From NCBI GenBank assembly GCA_023263855.1, contig JALQUF010000002.1, positions 2,238-66,237 on the forward strand: 64,000 bases of DNA, in the 5' to 3' direction. Source of the DNA: Yoonia sp. GTDB lineage: Bacteria; Pseudomonadota; Alphaproteobacteria; Rhodobacterales; Rhodobacteraceae. Of this stretch, positions 49,376 to 60,628 are shown piece after piece. Made by a program: the position numbers and the translations under genes. Position 1 is the first letter of the stretch; each line of letters begins with the position of its first letter. The notes beneath the pieces are model-generated. The model saw only the letters and a program-made list of their open reading frames with translations. It was not told where the DNA came from and ran no database searches.

Positions 49376-50041
49376 ATGGAAATCACTCAGCCTGCCCAGG
49401 GCTCTGCGGCACTAGCATCACCAGCGATCTCATCTGCCGCAGCACAGACCAGCACGGATTTTGAGGTCTTTTTGAAAATGCTGACAGCGCAAATGCAGTA
49501 TCAGGATCCGCTTAATCCCATTGACTCAACTGACTATGCGACACAACTCGCGACGTTTTCGGGGGTTGAGCAAGCTGTACTGACCAACGATCTGCTCAAA
49601 TCGCTCACCACGCAAATGAGCATGGGTGGTTTGGTTGATATGGCCGCTCTTGTCGGCAAAGATGTCCGATCAACCGCGCCGGCCTATTTTGACGGTCAAC
49701 CGCTGACGTTGCTGCCTGGTCAACGTGTCGCAGCGGATACTGCGGAGCTTGTTGTGCGCAACGCGGCGGGCGATGAGGTGCAGCGCAGCGTCGTTTCACC
49801 GGCTGCCGAAACGTTGGAATGGGCAGGGGTGGGGCCAAGCGGGGCGCCGTTTCCTACCGGTGTTTATCAATTCGAAATTGTCTCAAAATCCAACGGCGAG
49901 ATCATTGCGCAAACGCCTGTTGAGACCTACAGCACAGTGACGGAAGTACGCTTGAATGATGGCGCTACAACCTTGCTTTTGTCTGGTGGGGCTAGCGTTG
50001 CGAGCGATCAGGTCACAGCTTTGCGTGCAGGCAACCTTTAG
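49376..50041 (+). CDS. flgD: Hook-capping protein FlgD
   Basis: FLKMLTAQMQYQDPLNP, QLATFSGVEQ. Confidence 0.93.
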   Translation: MEITQPAQGSAALASPAISSAAAQTSTDFEVFLKMLTAQMQYQDPLNPIDSTDYATQLATFSGVEQAVLTNDLLKSLTTQMSMGGLVDMAALVGKDVRSTAPAYFDGQPLTLLPGQRVAADTAELVVRNAAGDEVQRSVVSPAAETLEWAGVGPSGAPFPTGVYQFEIVSKSNGEIIAQTPVETYSTVTEVRLNDGATTLLLSGGASVASDQVTALRAGNL

Positions 50042-51567
50042 AAAAAAGTACTGATCCAGACGCCGGCGCCGACCAGAACACCCCCAAGCGCCATCCATGA
50101 CAGACGCGCGATGCGCCTTTGCGGTTTCGGCTGTGGCGGCGGATTGTTCAGCCGGATCAACGCGTCTTCTGCCAATCGCGGCAGTTGCGGGCCAAAACGT
50201 GCAAGAATGCGGGCGGTTGTGGCCAAATCGCGCAACAAGGCCTTCGGACCAATGCTTTGTTTGATATAGTCTTCAACAACAGGTTTTGCGACTTGCCAGA
50301 TATTCATACGCGGATCGAGCGAGCGGGCGACGCCTTCGACGACGACCATGGTGCGTTGCAACAAAATAAGCTCTGTCCGGGTCTCCATCCCGAAACGCTC
50401 GGTCACTTCAAACAGGTAGCTGAGCAAACGTGCCATCGAAATGCGGCTGGCCTCCATCCCGAAAATGGGCTCACCCACGGCCCGCAGGGCGCGGGCAAAT
50501 TCGTCAACATCTTGATCAGCAGGCACATACCCGGCTTCAAAATGAACCTCGGCGACGCGCTGATAATCCTTGCGGATGAAACCGAACAGGATCTCGGCAT
50601 AGACCCGGCGGGTGTATTCATCGATGCGCCCCATGATCCCGAAATCATAGGCAATGATCGCGCCGTCTGATGCCACCTTAAGATTGCCCTGATGCATATC
50701 ACCGTGAAAATAGCCGTCGCGCAGCGCATGATTCAGGAAAAGCTGCAAAACACGTGTCGCCAGTTCTGCACGATCATGGCCTGCGGCATCAAGCGCGTTG
50801 TTTACGCCAATATTCGTGCCTTCGGCCCAGTCCATGGTCATGACGCGGCGCCCTGACAACTGCCACCGCACGCGGGGCACCTGAAATCCGGTGTCATTTT
50901 CGGTGTTGGCCGCAAATTCAGCGGCGGCAGAGCTTTCAAGCCGCAGATCCAGCTCGCCCATCACGACGCCTTCGAAATGGCTGATCACATCCATCGGGCG
51001 CAAGCGGCGCGAGGCAGGTGAAAGCACTTCGATCGCGCGCGCCGCGAAGTAGAACGCATCAATATCGGTGCGAAACGCCCGTTCAATTCCGGGGCGCAGG
51101 ATTTTGACGGCCACGGCCTCACCGTTTTCTGCCAGATGTGCCTTATGCACCTGTGCCAGCGACGCGGCTGCAACCGGTTCTGAGAAGGTCGAAAAAAGCG
51201 TGTCAAAAGAGCTGCCAAGCTCTGATTGGATCGCTTTTTTTGCCTCGGCCATCGAGAACGGCGGAAGCTTGTCTTGCAGCACCCGAAGTTGCACGGCCAA
51301 TTCATCACCAACCACATCGGGGCGGGTCGACAGAACTTGGCCAAATTTGATGTAGGCTGGTCCCAATGCTGTGAGCGCGCGTACAGCGGGCGGCATCGTG
51401 ACATCGCCTTTGTAACCCAGCCACTGAAACGGCCAGACGAGTGTGCGGAATATAATGCGCAGCAGTGGTCCCGCATCGAATGCGTCCAATACGACCTTCA
51501 TCGCTCCGGTGCGTTCAAGCGTGGCACCTGTGCGGATCAGCCGGATAATGTTGTGAGGACCCCGCAT
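50038..51567 (-). CDS. ubiB: Ubiquinone biosynthesis kinase-like UbiB
   Basis: LGPAYIKFGQVLSTRPD, AAASLAQVH, GYFHGDMHQGN, DFGIMG; operon with ubiE. Confidence 0.93.
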   Translation of the reverse strand: MRGPHNIIRLIRTGATLERTGAMKVVLDAFDAGPLLRIIFRTLVWPFQWLGYKGDVTMPPAVRALTALGPAYIKFGQVLSTRPDVVGDELAVQLRVLQDKLPPFSMAEAKKAIQSELGSSFDTLFSTFSEPVAAASLAQVHKAHLAENGEAVAVKILRPGIERAFRTDIDAFYFAARAIEVLSPASRRLRPMDVISHFEGVVMGELDLRLESSAAAEFAANTENDTGFQVPRVRWQLSGRRVMTMDWAEGTNIGVNNALDAAGHDRAELATRVLQLFLNHALRDGYFHGDMHQGNLKVASDGAIIAYDFGIMGRIDEYTRRVYAEILFGFIRKDYQRVAEVHFEAGYVPADQDVDEFARALRAVGEPIFGMEASRISMARLLSYLFEVTERFGMETRTELILLQRTMVVVEGVARSLDPRMNIWQVAKPVVEDYIKQSIGPKALLRDLATTARILARFGPQLPRLAEDALIRLNNPPPQPKPQRRIARLSWMALGGVLVGAGVWISTFF

Positions 51568-51568
51568 C

Positions 51569-52321
51569 TTAGAGCTTCCACCCCGAATGCAGCGCGGCAA
51601 CACCCATGGTCAGGTTCCGGTACTTTGCATTCCCAAAGCCCGCGTTGCGGACCATGCCGAGAAAGGTGTCCTGATCAGGAAAATTGCGAATTGATTCCAC
51701 AAGATACTGATAGCTGTCACGGTCCCCTGCGATCATCTGTCCCATGCGCGGGATCACGTTGAAGGAATAGGCGTCATAGGCGGCTTGCATCATCGGGTTG
51801 GGCAGTTGGCTGAATTCCAGCACCATTAACCGGCCGCCCGGTTTCAGCACGCGGTAGGCTTCGGCCAGTGCATCCTGCGGGCGGGTGACGTTGCGAATAC
51901 CAAAGCTGATTGTGTAGACGTCAAAAGTGTTCGCATCAAACGGCAAGGCCATCGCATCACCCACGACCCAATCAAGGCTTTCAGACATCTGTGCTGCCTC
52001 GGCACGCTTGCGACCCTCGACCAGCATTGATTCGGTCAGGTCAAGCACGGTGGCATGACCACGGCCGGCACGTTTGAGAAACCGGAAGGAAATATCGCCT
52101 GTGCCGCCTGCTACGTCCAGCAACCGTTGCCCGGGGCGCGGGGCCAGCCAATCCATCATGGCGTCTTTCCAGATCCGGTGCACGCCGCCTGACATCACAT
52201 CGTTCATAATGTCGTACTTGCTGGCAACAGAGGAAAATACGCCTTGCACGCGGCCAGCTTTTTCATCTTCGCGGACGGTTTCAAACCCGAAGTGGGTGGT
52301 GGAATCTGAGGTGTCGGTCAT
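51569..52321 (-). CDS. ubiE: Ubiquinone/menaquinone C-methyltransferase UbiE
   Basis: [40 protein letters not shown]. Confidence 0.96.
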   Translation of the reverse strand: MTDTSDSTTHFGFETVREDEKAGRVQGVFSSVASKYDIMNDVMSGGVHRIWKDAMMDWLAPRPGQRLLDVAGGTGDISFRFLKRAGRGHATVLDLTESMLVEGRKRAEAAQMSESLDWVVGDAMALPFDANTFDVYTISFGIRNVTRPQDALAEAYRVLKPGGRLMVLEFSQLPNPMMQAAYDAYSFNVIPRMGQMIAGDRDSYQYLVESIRNFPDQDTFLGMVRNAGFGNAKYRNLTMGVAALHSGWKL

Positions 52322-52409
52322 GTCATGCTTTCGCCTGAATACTGTCCCAAAGGGGGTTATACCCAAGCGACAGGATAGACAAACTGTCAATGTGCCACGG
52401 GAGGTTCCG

Positions 52410-53066
52410 ATGAACGCAGAAGCGTTTGAAGTTTTCAGTCTGTCAGATATTTATCGCAACATTGCATGGGCAGTGGCGCCAACACTTTTGGCGTTTGTTG
52501 TGCTTGTCGTGCTTTATGTCCGCAGGCGCTTGCGCGGGCAGGTCAACCCGTCAGATCGTGTGCAGTCTACCCGGCTGGGCACAGTTGCAGGCAGTCTTCC
52601 GGCGGAACTGAGTTTGTTGGCTGGCGTCGGGGCAGGCGGCCAAGCTCATGAGACATTGGGCGAAATGTTCCTGCGCCCGACGTGGGGCTTGCGGCTTATC
52701 ACCATCGGATTGCCGGCATTCGTGGCGTATTTGATGATGGAAATGCAAGCCGTTCATCAGTTGCAAAGACTGCCGATAGATATCGCGCTCAACGGGGCGA
52801 TGGCATTGGTGATGCTGCATGTGCTGATTTATACCAATACCTACGAGCTTCGGTATGACCGCGACCGATTTGCCCATCGCAACTGGTTCTATCAAAGACG
52901 CGCGTTTGATTGGTCCGAGATCGCGTCAATCCGTCACGACAATGCCTATTTCTATATAATCCGTACACACAAACGCCGTAAGACCTATATGCCTAAGCAT
53001 CTTGTAGGGATTGAGGGCTTTCTTGAAACGGTGCAAACCCACGTGGCCCAAAACGAAAGTCGCTAA
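52410..53066 (+). CDS. Hypothetical membrane protein
   Basis: GGAGG RBS before ATG, three hydrophobic segments, PH-like C-terminal region (FDWSEIASI), TAATG overlap with mutM. Confidence 0.7.
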   Translation: MNAEAFEVFSLSDIYRNIAWAVAPTLLAFVVLVVLYVRRRLRGQVNPSDRVQSTRLGTVAGSLPAELSLLAGVGAGGQAHETLGEMFLRPTWGLRLITIGLPAFVAYLMMEMQAVHQLQRLPIDIALNGAMALVMLHVLIYTNTYELRYDRDRFAHRNWFYQRRAFDWSEIASIRHDNAYFYIIRTHKRRKTYMPKHLVGIEGFLETVQTHVAQNESR

Positions 53067-53917
53067 TGCCTGAATTACCCGAAGTTGAAACTGTCAAAGC
53101 CGGCATTGCGCCCGTGATGGAAGGGCATGTGATCGCCCGGGCTGATGTAAATCGCCCGGACCTGCGTTGGCCCTTTCCCGATCGGATGTCCGAGCGGTTA
53201 ACGGGCAAGCGTGTGTTGGGCCTGCGGCGGCGCTCCAAGTATATTCTTGTCGATCTTGAGAGCGCGGAAACCCTGCTGATCCATCTTGGCATGTCGGGCC
53301 GCATGTTGATATCGGGGCATGTCGTCGGTGACTTTCATCACCCGCATCCGGCACCGGCCAAACACGATCATGTGGTCTTTCATATGGATGATGGCGCGCG
53401 CATCACTTTCAACGATGCGCGCCGGTTCGGGGCGATGGACCTGATGGAAACAGCGGCGCAGGACAATCACTGGCTGATCCGCGATCTAGGGCCAGAGCCT
53501 TTGGGCAATGCCTTTAACGAAAGCTATCTGATTGAACGGCTTAAAGGTCGGAACACGCCGATCAAATCGGCTTTGCTTGATCAGCGGATTGTCTCGGGTC
53601 TTGGCAATATTTACGTTTGTGAAGTCCTGTTCCGTGCGGGCATTCATCCGGCCCGCAAGGCCGGACGCATTAGCGCTGCACGGGTTGCCACCCTTGTCCC
53701 GCTTATTCGCGATGTTCTGTCCGAAGCGATCGCTGCTGGCGGCTCTTCCTTGCGTGACTACCGCCAGTCTGATGGCGAGCTGGGGTATTTCCAGCATGTT
53801 TTTCAGGTCTATGATCGTGAAGGCGCGCCCTGCGTAACCCATGGTTGTGACAGAGCAATCACCCGAATCGTGCAATCTGGACGCTCATCTTTCTTTTGTC
53901 CGCAATGCCAAAGATAG
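53066..53917 (+). CDS. mutM: Formamidopyrimidine-DNA glycosylase
   Basis: [21 protein letters not shown]-terminal zinc finger CPQCQ. Confidence 0.97.
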   Translation: MPELPEVETVKAGIAPVMEGHVIARADVNRPDLRWPFPDRMSERLTGKRVLGLRRRSKYILVDLESAETLLIHLGMSGRMLISGHVVGDFHHPHPAPAKHDHVVFHMDDGARITFNDARRFGAMDLMETAAQDNHWLIRDLGPEPLGNAFNESYLIERLKGRNTPIKSALLDQRIVSGLGNIYVCEVLFRAGIHPARKAGRISAARVATLVPLIRDVLSEAIAAGGSSLRDYRQSDGELGYFQHVFQVYDREGAPCVTHGCDRAITRIVQSGRSSFFCPQCQR

Positions 53918-53979
53918 CTTGATCCGCGCGCCTGCTTTGCTAAGCCTTGAAGCCTGACCTACGCAAAAAGGATGGTAGC

Positions 53980-54756
53980 ATGGCCTTTGATAAGATCATC
54001 GTGGATATCAGCGACTATGTCGCAACCATCACGCTTAATCGACCGGATGCGATGAATGCGCTTAACAGTGAACTGCTGGGCGAACTTTGCACTGCATTGG
54101 AAGAGGCAGACGCCAGCGAAAAGGTGCGCTGCATTATCATCACCGGGTCCGAAAAGGCTTTTGCGGCCGGGGCAGATATTTCCGAAATGGCCAACAAGTC
54201 TTTCGTTGACATGTATACGCAGCGTTTCTTCGAGAACGAAACGGACCGTTTCAACCGTACCCGCAAACCCATTATCGCAGCCGTTGCCGGCTATGCGCTG
54301 GGCGGCGGATGCGAGCTTGCGATGATGTGCGATTTCATCATTGCGGCCGAGAACGCCAAATTTGGACAACCTGAAATCAATCTTGGCGTCATCGCCGGAA
54401 TCGGCGGCACGCAGCGCCTGACGCGCTTTGTCGGTAAATCGAAATCCATGGATATGCACCTGACAGGGCGCTTCATGGATGCCGCCGAGGCAGAAAGCTG
54501 CGGTCTGGTCAGTCGGGTGGTCCCTGTCAAAAAGCTGATGGGTGAAGCCAAGGCTGCTGCAGAGAAGATCACAGAAAAATCGCAGATCGCGACAATGGCC
54601 GCGAAAGACGCTGTGAATCGTGCTTATGAAACGACGCTTGCCGAAGGGCTAAATTACGAACGCCGCGTGTTCCATTCGCTTTTTGCAACCGAAGATCAAA
54701 GCGAAGGCATGGCCGCTTTCACTGAAAAGCGCGAGCCGCAATTCCGGGACCGCTAG
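53980..54756 (+). CDS. Enoyl-CoA hydratase
   Basis: [28 protein letters not shown]. Confidence 0.92.
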   Translation: MAFDKIIVDISDYVATITLNRPDAMNALNSELLGELCTALEEADASEKVRCIIITGSEKAFAAGADISEMANKSFVDMYTQRFFENETDRFNRTRKPIIAAVAGYALGGGCELAMMCDFIIAAENAKFGQPEINLGVIAGIGGTQRLTRFVGKSKSMDMHLTGRFMDAAEAESCGLVSRVVPVKKLMGEAKAAAEKITEKSQIATMAAKDAVNRAYETTLAEGLNYERRVFHSLFATEDQSEGMAAFTEKREPQFRDR

Positions 54757-54891
54757 GCGCGGATTGACGGAAAACTGGTCAGAAAGCCTTAATTGATTGG
54801 CTGTGTTTGATCTATGTCATGCGCAAGCCCGCCTAAAACGTACTAGTTTGCCCTTGGGTGGCGGTACGAATCAAAAGTAGCGGCCAAAATT

Positions 54892-55818
54892 ATGCGAATT
54901 ATTTCTTTCCTCAGCACCGTCTGTTTGACGGGTGCTTTTGTTCTTCCACTCGGCACTTTGAATGCTGAAACTTCTTTTGATGCTGCGACAGGTAGCCAAG
55001 AGATTATCCAAGACACCGGTGTTTCAAACCGCTTAGCCGTGGGTGAAGTACTGCGGTCATTGACGCAGGAAATTCCTGCCGCGGCCTGTCATCTGCAAAA
55101 CGGCGTGAATGTGGATGATGCCACCGAATTGCTTACCGTTGGACTTGATGAATCTGATGAATTGCTGAACGCGCTGTTGCAGGGCGATATATTCTGGGGA
55201 CTTGAGTTTCCCGAAACACGCCGCAAGACAATTGCTGAAATAGAAGAATTGCGCGCGGATTGGACCCCTATTCAAGACGCTGGCCGTCGTTTGTTGGCGG
55301 AGCCTTCCAATCAGCAAGACGCTGTTTTTGTGGCCCAAGCGGCTGATGCGTTGTTCGACAAATCCTATAAATTACTGACAACTCTTGATGCGCAATATTC
55401 AAGCTCTGCTGAGATTCAGTCGCGGGATGTGATGTTCATCCAGATTTCTGGCCGTATGACGTCACTCAATCAACAGATGGCGCTGGTTGCGTGTCAGCTT
55501 TGGTCTGGCGAAATGGATGCAGAGCGGGCCGAGGTATTGAAACGGGCGATGCAAGACTATCAAGGCAGCTTGGGTGCATTGACCGATGGGTTGCCGGCAA
55601 TGGGTATCTTGCCACCGCAAACGCCTGGCATTGCAGACAAGCTGGCCGAGATCGGAGGCGTTTGGGACCAGAACCGCCCGTTGTTGGCATTGGTTGCCGC
55701 AGGTGAAGAGATATCAGATCAACAACGCTTCGATCTTTACTATCAGTTGATTGATGAAAGGGTCCTGCTGCTTGATCTGCTCTATCTCTATCAGGACCAC
55801 TCAAAGGTGACACACTAG
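54892..55818 (+). CDS. Secreted protein with two divergent PilJ/NarX-like four-helix domains
   Basis: Signal peptide; repeats LRSLTQEIPAAAC...W and SGRMTSLNQQMALVAC...W resemble the AGRQRMLSQ..AKAAC family motif. Confidence 0.6.
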   Translation: MRIISFLSTVCLTGAFVLPLGTLNAETSFDAATGSQEIIQDTGVSNRLAVGEVLRSLTQEIPAAACHLQNGVNVDDATELLTVGLDESDELLNALLQGDIFWGLEFPETRRKTIAEIEELRADWTPIQDAGRRLLAEPSNQQDAVFVAQAADALFDKSYKLLTTLDAQYSSSAEIQSRDVMFIQISGRMTSLNQQMALVACQLWSGEMDAERAEVLKRAMQDYQGSLGALTDGLPAMGILPPQTPGIADKLAEIGGVWDQNRPLLALVAAGEEISDQQRFDLYYQLIDERVLLLDLLYLYQDHSKVTH

Positions 55819-56009
55819 GGGGTGTAACCCTTGCCTTGGCATGGTTTAGGGGTTGAACCAAACGAGAGTCTCGCTTAAAGGCCCTGTCAGACATGCGCGT
55901 GAGGCCCGCTTTGGCCAGATCATCCGGTTCGAAAACCCGGGGCTTGGGCTTAGTGCGCTGACCATATTCAATTTGGCCCATACCAGGCCCAGACGTAGGA
56001 AACGAACAC

Positions 56010-56273
56010 ATGGCAAACTCACCACAGGCTAAAAAACGCGCCCGTCAGAATGCAGCACGTTTTGCAGTAAATAAAATGCGCCGCTCGCGCATTCGCACAT
56101 ACTTGCGTGCCGTAGAAGAGGCGATTGCCTCTGGCGATCAGAAAGCAGCAGCAGAAGCACTGAAGGTTGCACAGCCCGAATTGATGCGCGGCGTCACCAA
56201 AGGTGTTATGCACAAGAACACAGCCGCACGCAAAATGTCGCGCCTGTCTTCGCGCGTTAAAGCCATCGGTTGA
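56010..56273 (+). CDS. rpsT: 30S ribosomal protein S20
   Basis: [25 protein letters not shown]. Confidence 0.97.
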   Translation: MANSPQAKKRARQNAARFAVNKMRRSRIRTYLRAVEEAIASGDQKAAAEALKVAQPELMRGVTKGVMHKNTAARKMSRLSSRVKAIG

Positions 56274-56305
56274 TTCTGCGAAGTTTAGCAGAAAATGAAA
56301 AATTC

Positions 56306-56335
56306 AAGCGCGTCCAAACCGGGCGCGCTTTTTTT
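56306..56335 (+). terminator. Rho-independent terminator of rpsT
   Basis: AAGCGCGTCC-AAAC-CGGGCGCGCTT followed by T run. Confidence 0.8.
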
Positions 56336-56872
56336 GTGCCTGTGTGATGTGGCTGCGCAGAAATCCAGCCAATTCAAGGCGCCCGTAGATTCTTTTCCAC
56401 CAATCTCTGAGTCAAGTACGATGTTGTGTTGAAGCGGCCCCAAACCCCTTGCTAACTTAGCCCTGCGATTCACATCGTTCCGGGGGGACATGAGGGGGTT
56501 TGCATTTGAACGGATCAGAAAACGGGCCCATCGTGGTGCGTCTTCAGTGACCGGTTGATACGCGAACTTCGTGCAATGATGGCGTGGGAAAAGTAGCAAA
56601 AGCTACAGAAATCCATACCAAGTTGTGTCTGCGCCAAGCCCAAGGTCTGCTCCTTGGAATTGGATGTTGTTTGTGGCCCTTTTGCTGCCGATTGGCGCTG
56701 ACTTGCATCCATGTGATGTGCGTTACGCGTTGCTGGTTTTGGTTTTGGCAAAAAGACAAACCGTTCAGGTTGGGCAACCTGAGCGATCGGTTTTTTTGTG
56801 TCTCGGTCTGTGTGTCGTGGCGTGGTGAAATCGCGCCAAAGAAGTGTAAGGGCTGTGGGACTAAGGGACAAA

Positions 56873-58210
56873 ATGACCAAAGATATCTGGGCAAACGTGT
56901 TGAACGCACTCAAGGGTGCATTGGGTGCAAACAGCTATTCCAGCTGGATTGAACCACTAGAGTTCACCAAACTGTCCGATGGTGTGGCGATCTTTGATGT
57001 GCCGACCAATTTTATCGGCAACTACGTATCGCAGAACTTTGGTGATCAGATCATCTATCACATGAACAAAGCGGGCGAAGATGTGCAGCGCCTGCAATTC
57101 CGTGTCCCCAGCCAGGCGCGCCCTGCCGCAAAGCCCAAGGTCAGCAAAAAGGCAGCCGTACCCGAGGCCGGATCTGGTGCCCCTCTCGATTCGCGGTTCA
57201 CCTTTGATACCTTTGTTGTTGGCAAGCCAAACGAACTGGCCCATGCCGCCGCGCGCCGCGTGGCCGAAGGTGGCCCTGTCACTTTCAATCCGCTCTTTCT
57301 TTATGGTGGTGTTGGCCTGGGTAAGACCCACTTGATGCACGCCATTGCGCATGAGTTGAAAGAACGCTCGCCCGAGTTGAATGTGCTTTACCTGTCCGCC
57401 GAGCAATTCATGTACCGTTTCATCACAGCGCTGCGTGAGCGCAAGATGATGGATTTTAAACAGCTCTTCCGTTCGGTTGATGTGTTGATGGTTGATGATG
57501 TGCAGTTCATCGGCGGCAAGGACAGCACCCAAGAGGAATTCTTCCATACGTTCAATGCCCTTGTGGATGGTCAGAAGCAGATCATCATTTCAGCGGACCG
57601 TGCGCCTGGCGAAATCAAGGATCTGGAAGAGCGCATCAAATCGCGTCTGCAATGTGGTCTGGTCGTTGACCTTCACCCAACCGATTATGAACTGCGTTTG
57701 GGCATTTTGCAGTCCAAGGTCGATGTCTATGCCGCCCAGTATCCTGAGTTGGTGATCGCCGATGGCGTGCTCGAATTCCTTGCACATCGTATTTCAACCA
57801 ACGTGCGTGTGCTTGAAGGTGCGTTGACCCGGCTATTCGCTTTCGCATCCCTCGTGGGCCGTGAAATCACGCTGGAACTGACGCAGGACTGTTTGTCTGA
57901 CGTACTCAAAGCCTCGGATCGTAAGGTCACGGTCGAAGAGATCCAGCGCAAGGTGTCCGAACACTACAATATTCGCCTGTCTGACATGATTGGCCCCAAG
58001 CGCGTGCGCAACTATGCGCGGCCGCGCCAGATCGCGATGTACCTTGCCAAGCAGATGACCAGCCGGTCACTGCCAGAGATCGGACGCCGTTTTGGAGGCC
58101 GCGACCACACGACCGTCATGCACGGTGTGAAGCGGATTGAAGAGCTCAAAGCGCTCGACAGTCAGATCGCCGATGATCTGGAACTCTTGCGCCGCGCTTT
58201 GCAGGAATAA
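56873..58210 (+). CDS. dnaA: Chromosomal replication initiator DnaA
   Basis: [34 protein letters not shown]; ATG at MTKDIW. Confidence 0.97.
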   Translation: MTKDIWANVLNALKGALGANSYSSWIEPLEFTKLSDGVAIFDVPTNFIGNYVSQNFGDQIIYHMNKAGEDVQRLQFRVPSQARPAAKPKVSKKAAVPEAGSGAPLDSRFTFDTFVVGKPNELAHAAARRVAEGGPVTFNPLFLYGGVGLGKTHLMHAIAHELKERSPELNVLYLSAEQFMYRFITALRERKMMDFKQLFRSVDVLMVDDVQFIGGKDSTQEEFFHTFNALVDGQKQIIISADRAPGEIKDLEERIKSRLQCGLVVDLHPTDYELRLGILQSKVDVYAAQYPELVIADGVLEFLAHRISTNVRVLEGALTRLFAFASLVGREITLELTQDCLSDVLKASDRKVTVEEIQRKVSEHYNIRLSDMIGPKRVRNYARPRQIAMYLAKQMTSRSLPEIGRRFGGRDHTTVMHGVKRIEELKALDSQIADDLELLRRALQE

Positions 58211-58347
58211 CCCTGCAAAATCAGCCCGGCGCTTGACGCGGACAAACCCATCGTAAACAGTCCAACAAAACGCTTGAGAGTAGCGCGAAATAGGATACAT
58301 TTCGCGTCCCGGCAGCGCCCGGTATCAAGATATGCGGAGATTGGGAC

Positions 58348-59466
58348 ATGAAATTCAGCATTGAACGCGCGGTACTTTTGAAAGCGGTCGCCCAGGCCCA
58401 ATCCGTGGTCGAGCGGCGCAACACAATCCCGATTTTGGCAAACGTCCTGATCGAAGCCGAAGGTGACAGCGTGCAGTTTCGCGCGACCGATTTGGATATC
58501 GAGGTTGTGGACCGCGCTGCGGCAAAAGTTGAAAGGGCAGGGGCAACAACAGTGGCCGCCGTCACCTTGAACGAGATTGTGCGCAAGTTGCCGGATGGTG
58601 CCTTGGTCACGCTCACCGAAGATGGCGCGTCCGGCCGGTTGAGCATTGAAGCTGGGCGTTCGAATTTTTCGCTCGCGACATTGCCGAAAGAAGATTTTCC
58701 CGTGATGGCGTCGTCTGAATATGCGGCGAATTTCTCGGCGCCGGCGCCTGTGTTGCGACGCCTGTTTGATAAATCAAAATTCGCAATTTCGACAGAAGAG
58801 ACACGGTACTATCTGAACGGTGTCTATATGCACGTCGCCGATAGCGATGGAGGCAAGGTGTTGCGCTGCGTGGCGACTGACGGGCACCGCTTGGCGCGGA
58901 TTGATGCGGATTTGCCAAGTGGTGCGGCTGATATGGCTGGCGTGATCGTGCCGCGCAAAACCGTGGGCGAACTGCGCAAACTGCTGGATGACGATGATAT
59001 GCAGATTGCTGTGTCTGTCTCGGAAACCAAAATCCGCTTTGCAACGCCGGACATCACACTGACATCCAAGGTCATCGACGGCACGTTCCCCGATTATACA
59101 CGGGTCATTCCGCAAGGGAACACCCGTAAGCTTGAAGTCGATGCCAGTGATTTTGCCAAAGCCGTAGATCGTGTGGCGACAGTGTCGTCCGAGCGGTCCC
59201 GTGCCGTGAAGCTGGTCCTGGATGAAGATCGGCTGGTCCTGTCAGTCAACGCGCCCGATAGCGGTGCTGCAGAGGAAGAACTGGCTGTCGCCTACAGCGA
59301 CGAGCGATTGGAAATTGGCTTCAATGCCAAATACCTGCTTGAAATCGCAAGCCAGGTTGATCGGGAAAACGCTGTATTCATGTTTAACTCATCCGGTGAT
59401 CCGACCCTGATGCGCGAAGGTAATGACACCTCTGCGGTCTATGTCGTGATGCCGATGCGCGTTTGA
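58348..59466 (+). CDS. dnaN: DNA polymerase III beta clamp
   Basis: IPILANVL, ETRYYLNG, ATDGHRL, VVMPMRV. Confidence 0.97.
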   Translation: MKFSIERAVLLKAVAQAQSVVERRNTIPILANVLIEAEGDSVQFRATDLDIEVVDRAAAKVERAGATTVAAVTLNEIVRKLPDGALVTLTEDGASGRLSIEAGRSNFSLATLPKEDFPVMASSEYAANFSAPAPVLRRLFDKSKFAISTEETRYYLNGVYMHVADSDGGKVLRCVATDGHRLARIDADLPSGAADMAGVIVPRKTVGELRKLLDDDDMQIAVSVSETKIRFATPDITLTSKVIDGTFPDYTRVIPQGNTRKLEVDASDFAKAVDRVATVSSERSRAVKLVLDEDRLVLSVNAPDSGAAEEELAVAYSDERLEIGFNAKYLLEIASQVDRENAVFMFNSSGDPTLMREGNDTSAVYVVMPMRV

Positions 59467-59527
59467 CGGGGCCAAGGGTTCTTAGAATTCTTGGTGGCAG
59501 GTTTCATGAGAATCCTGTGCGGTGCTC

Positions 59528-60628
59528 ATGACCAGACTTGCGCTTAAAGACCTGATGCTGTCTCATTTCCGCTCACACAAGCGTGTGGCGATGACGCTTG
59601 ATGCGCAGCCAGTGGCTATTTTCGGGCCCAATGGTGCAGGTAAGACCAACATCCTTGAGGCGGTATCGCTGCTATCCCCTGGTCGGGGACTGCGCCGCGC
59701 TGGCGCTGACGATCTGACCCGCAGGCCCGAGGCGCTGGGCTGGAAAATTACGGCAGTTCTGCAATCGCTGCATCAAACCCACGAAATCAAAACCTGGGCC
59801 GAGGCGGGCAGCCCGCGCCAGCTGCGCATTGATGGCAAAGCGGCACCACAGACCGCGCTGGGGCGTATTGCCCGTATTCTTTGGTTGGTGCCGTCTATGG
59901 ACCGGCTCTGGATCGAGGGTGCCGAGGGGCGCAGGCGGTTTCTGGACCGCGCGACGCTGAGTTTTGAGCCAACCCATGCTGAGGCTGTTCTGACCTATGA
60001 AAAGGCCATGCGCGAACGCAATCGTTTGTTGAAAGACATGGTCCGTGATCCGCATTGGTATACTGCAATCGAAGCACAGATGGCCGAAGCGGGGGCTGCA
60101 ATCCAGCGAAACCGCCATCGCGCGATCGCAGAACTGACCGCAGCGCAAGAGGCAGCAACAACAGCTTTCCCTACGGCGACGCTCGCTCTGACGTCCGCTG
60201 AGCCGGTCCCGGATGACCTGCAAACAGCCCTTGCTGATAACCGCAGCCGCGACATGGCGGCAGGTCGCACCCTGATCGGCCCGCATCGCGCGGATCTTGA
60301 TGCCGTTTTCGCTGACAAGGGCGTTCCGGCCAAAGACTGCTCAACGGGCGAACAAAAGGCGCTGCTGATTAGCCTGATCCTTGCCAATGGGCGCGCACTT
60401 GCCCGCGATTTTGGCGCGCCGCCCATTTTGTTATTGGATGAGGTCGCAGCCCACCTTGACGCGACCCGCCGTGCGGCACTTTATGATGAAATATGCAGCC
60501 TTGGTGCGCAGGCCTTTATGACAGGCACCGGTGCCGAGCTTTTCGAAGAATTGGGCGGCAGGGCGCAATACGTCGAAGTCACGGAAACAGATGGGCAATC
60601 CATCGTCATGCAGAAAGATGGACCATGA
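59528..60628 (+). CDS. recF: DNA replication/repair protein RecF
   Basis: GPNGAGKTN, RRRFLD, GPHRAD, STGEQK, LLLDEVAAHLD. Confidence 0.95.
   Translation: MTRLALKDLMLSHFRSHKRVAMTLDAQPVAIFGPNGAGKTNILEAVSLLSPGRGLRRAGADDLTRRPEALGWKITAVLQSLHQTHEIKTWAEAGSPRQLRIDGKAAPQTALGRIARILWLVPSMDRLWIEGAEGRRRFLDRATLSFEPTHAEAVLTYEKAMRERNRLLKDMVRDPHWYTAIEAQMAEAGAAIQRNRHRAIAELTAAQEAATTAFPTATLALTSAEPVPDDLQTALADNRSRDMAAGRTLIGPHRADLDAVFADKGVPAKDCSTGEQKALLISLILANGRALARDFGAPPILLLDEVAAHLDATRRAALYDEICSLGAQAFMTGTGAELFEELGGRAQYVEVTETDGQSIVMQKDGP

Noticed and set aside
56274-56872. oriC in the spacer upstream of dnaA
   Set aside because: No perfect TTATCCACA boxes or AT-rich unwinding repeats seen; alphaproteobacterial origins are often away from dnaA
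56515-56952. Several 120-130 aa ORFs in the dnaA spacer
   Set aside because: Overlapping in both strands, no RBS or recognisable motifs, atypical composition
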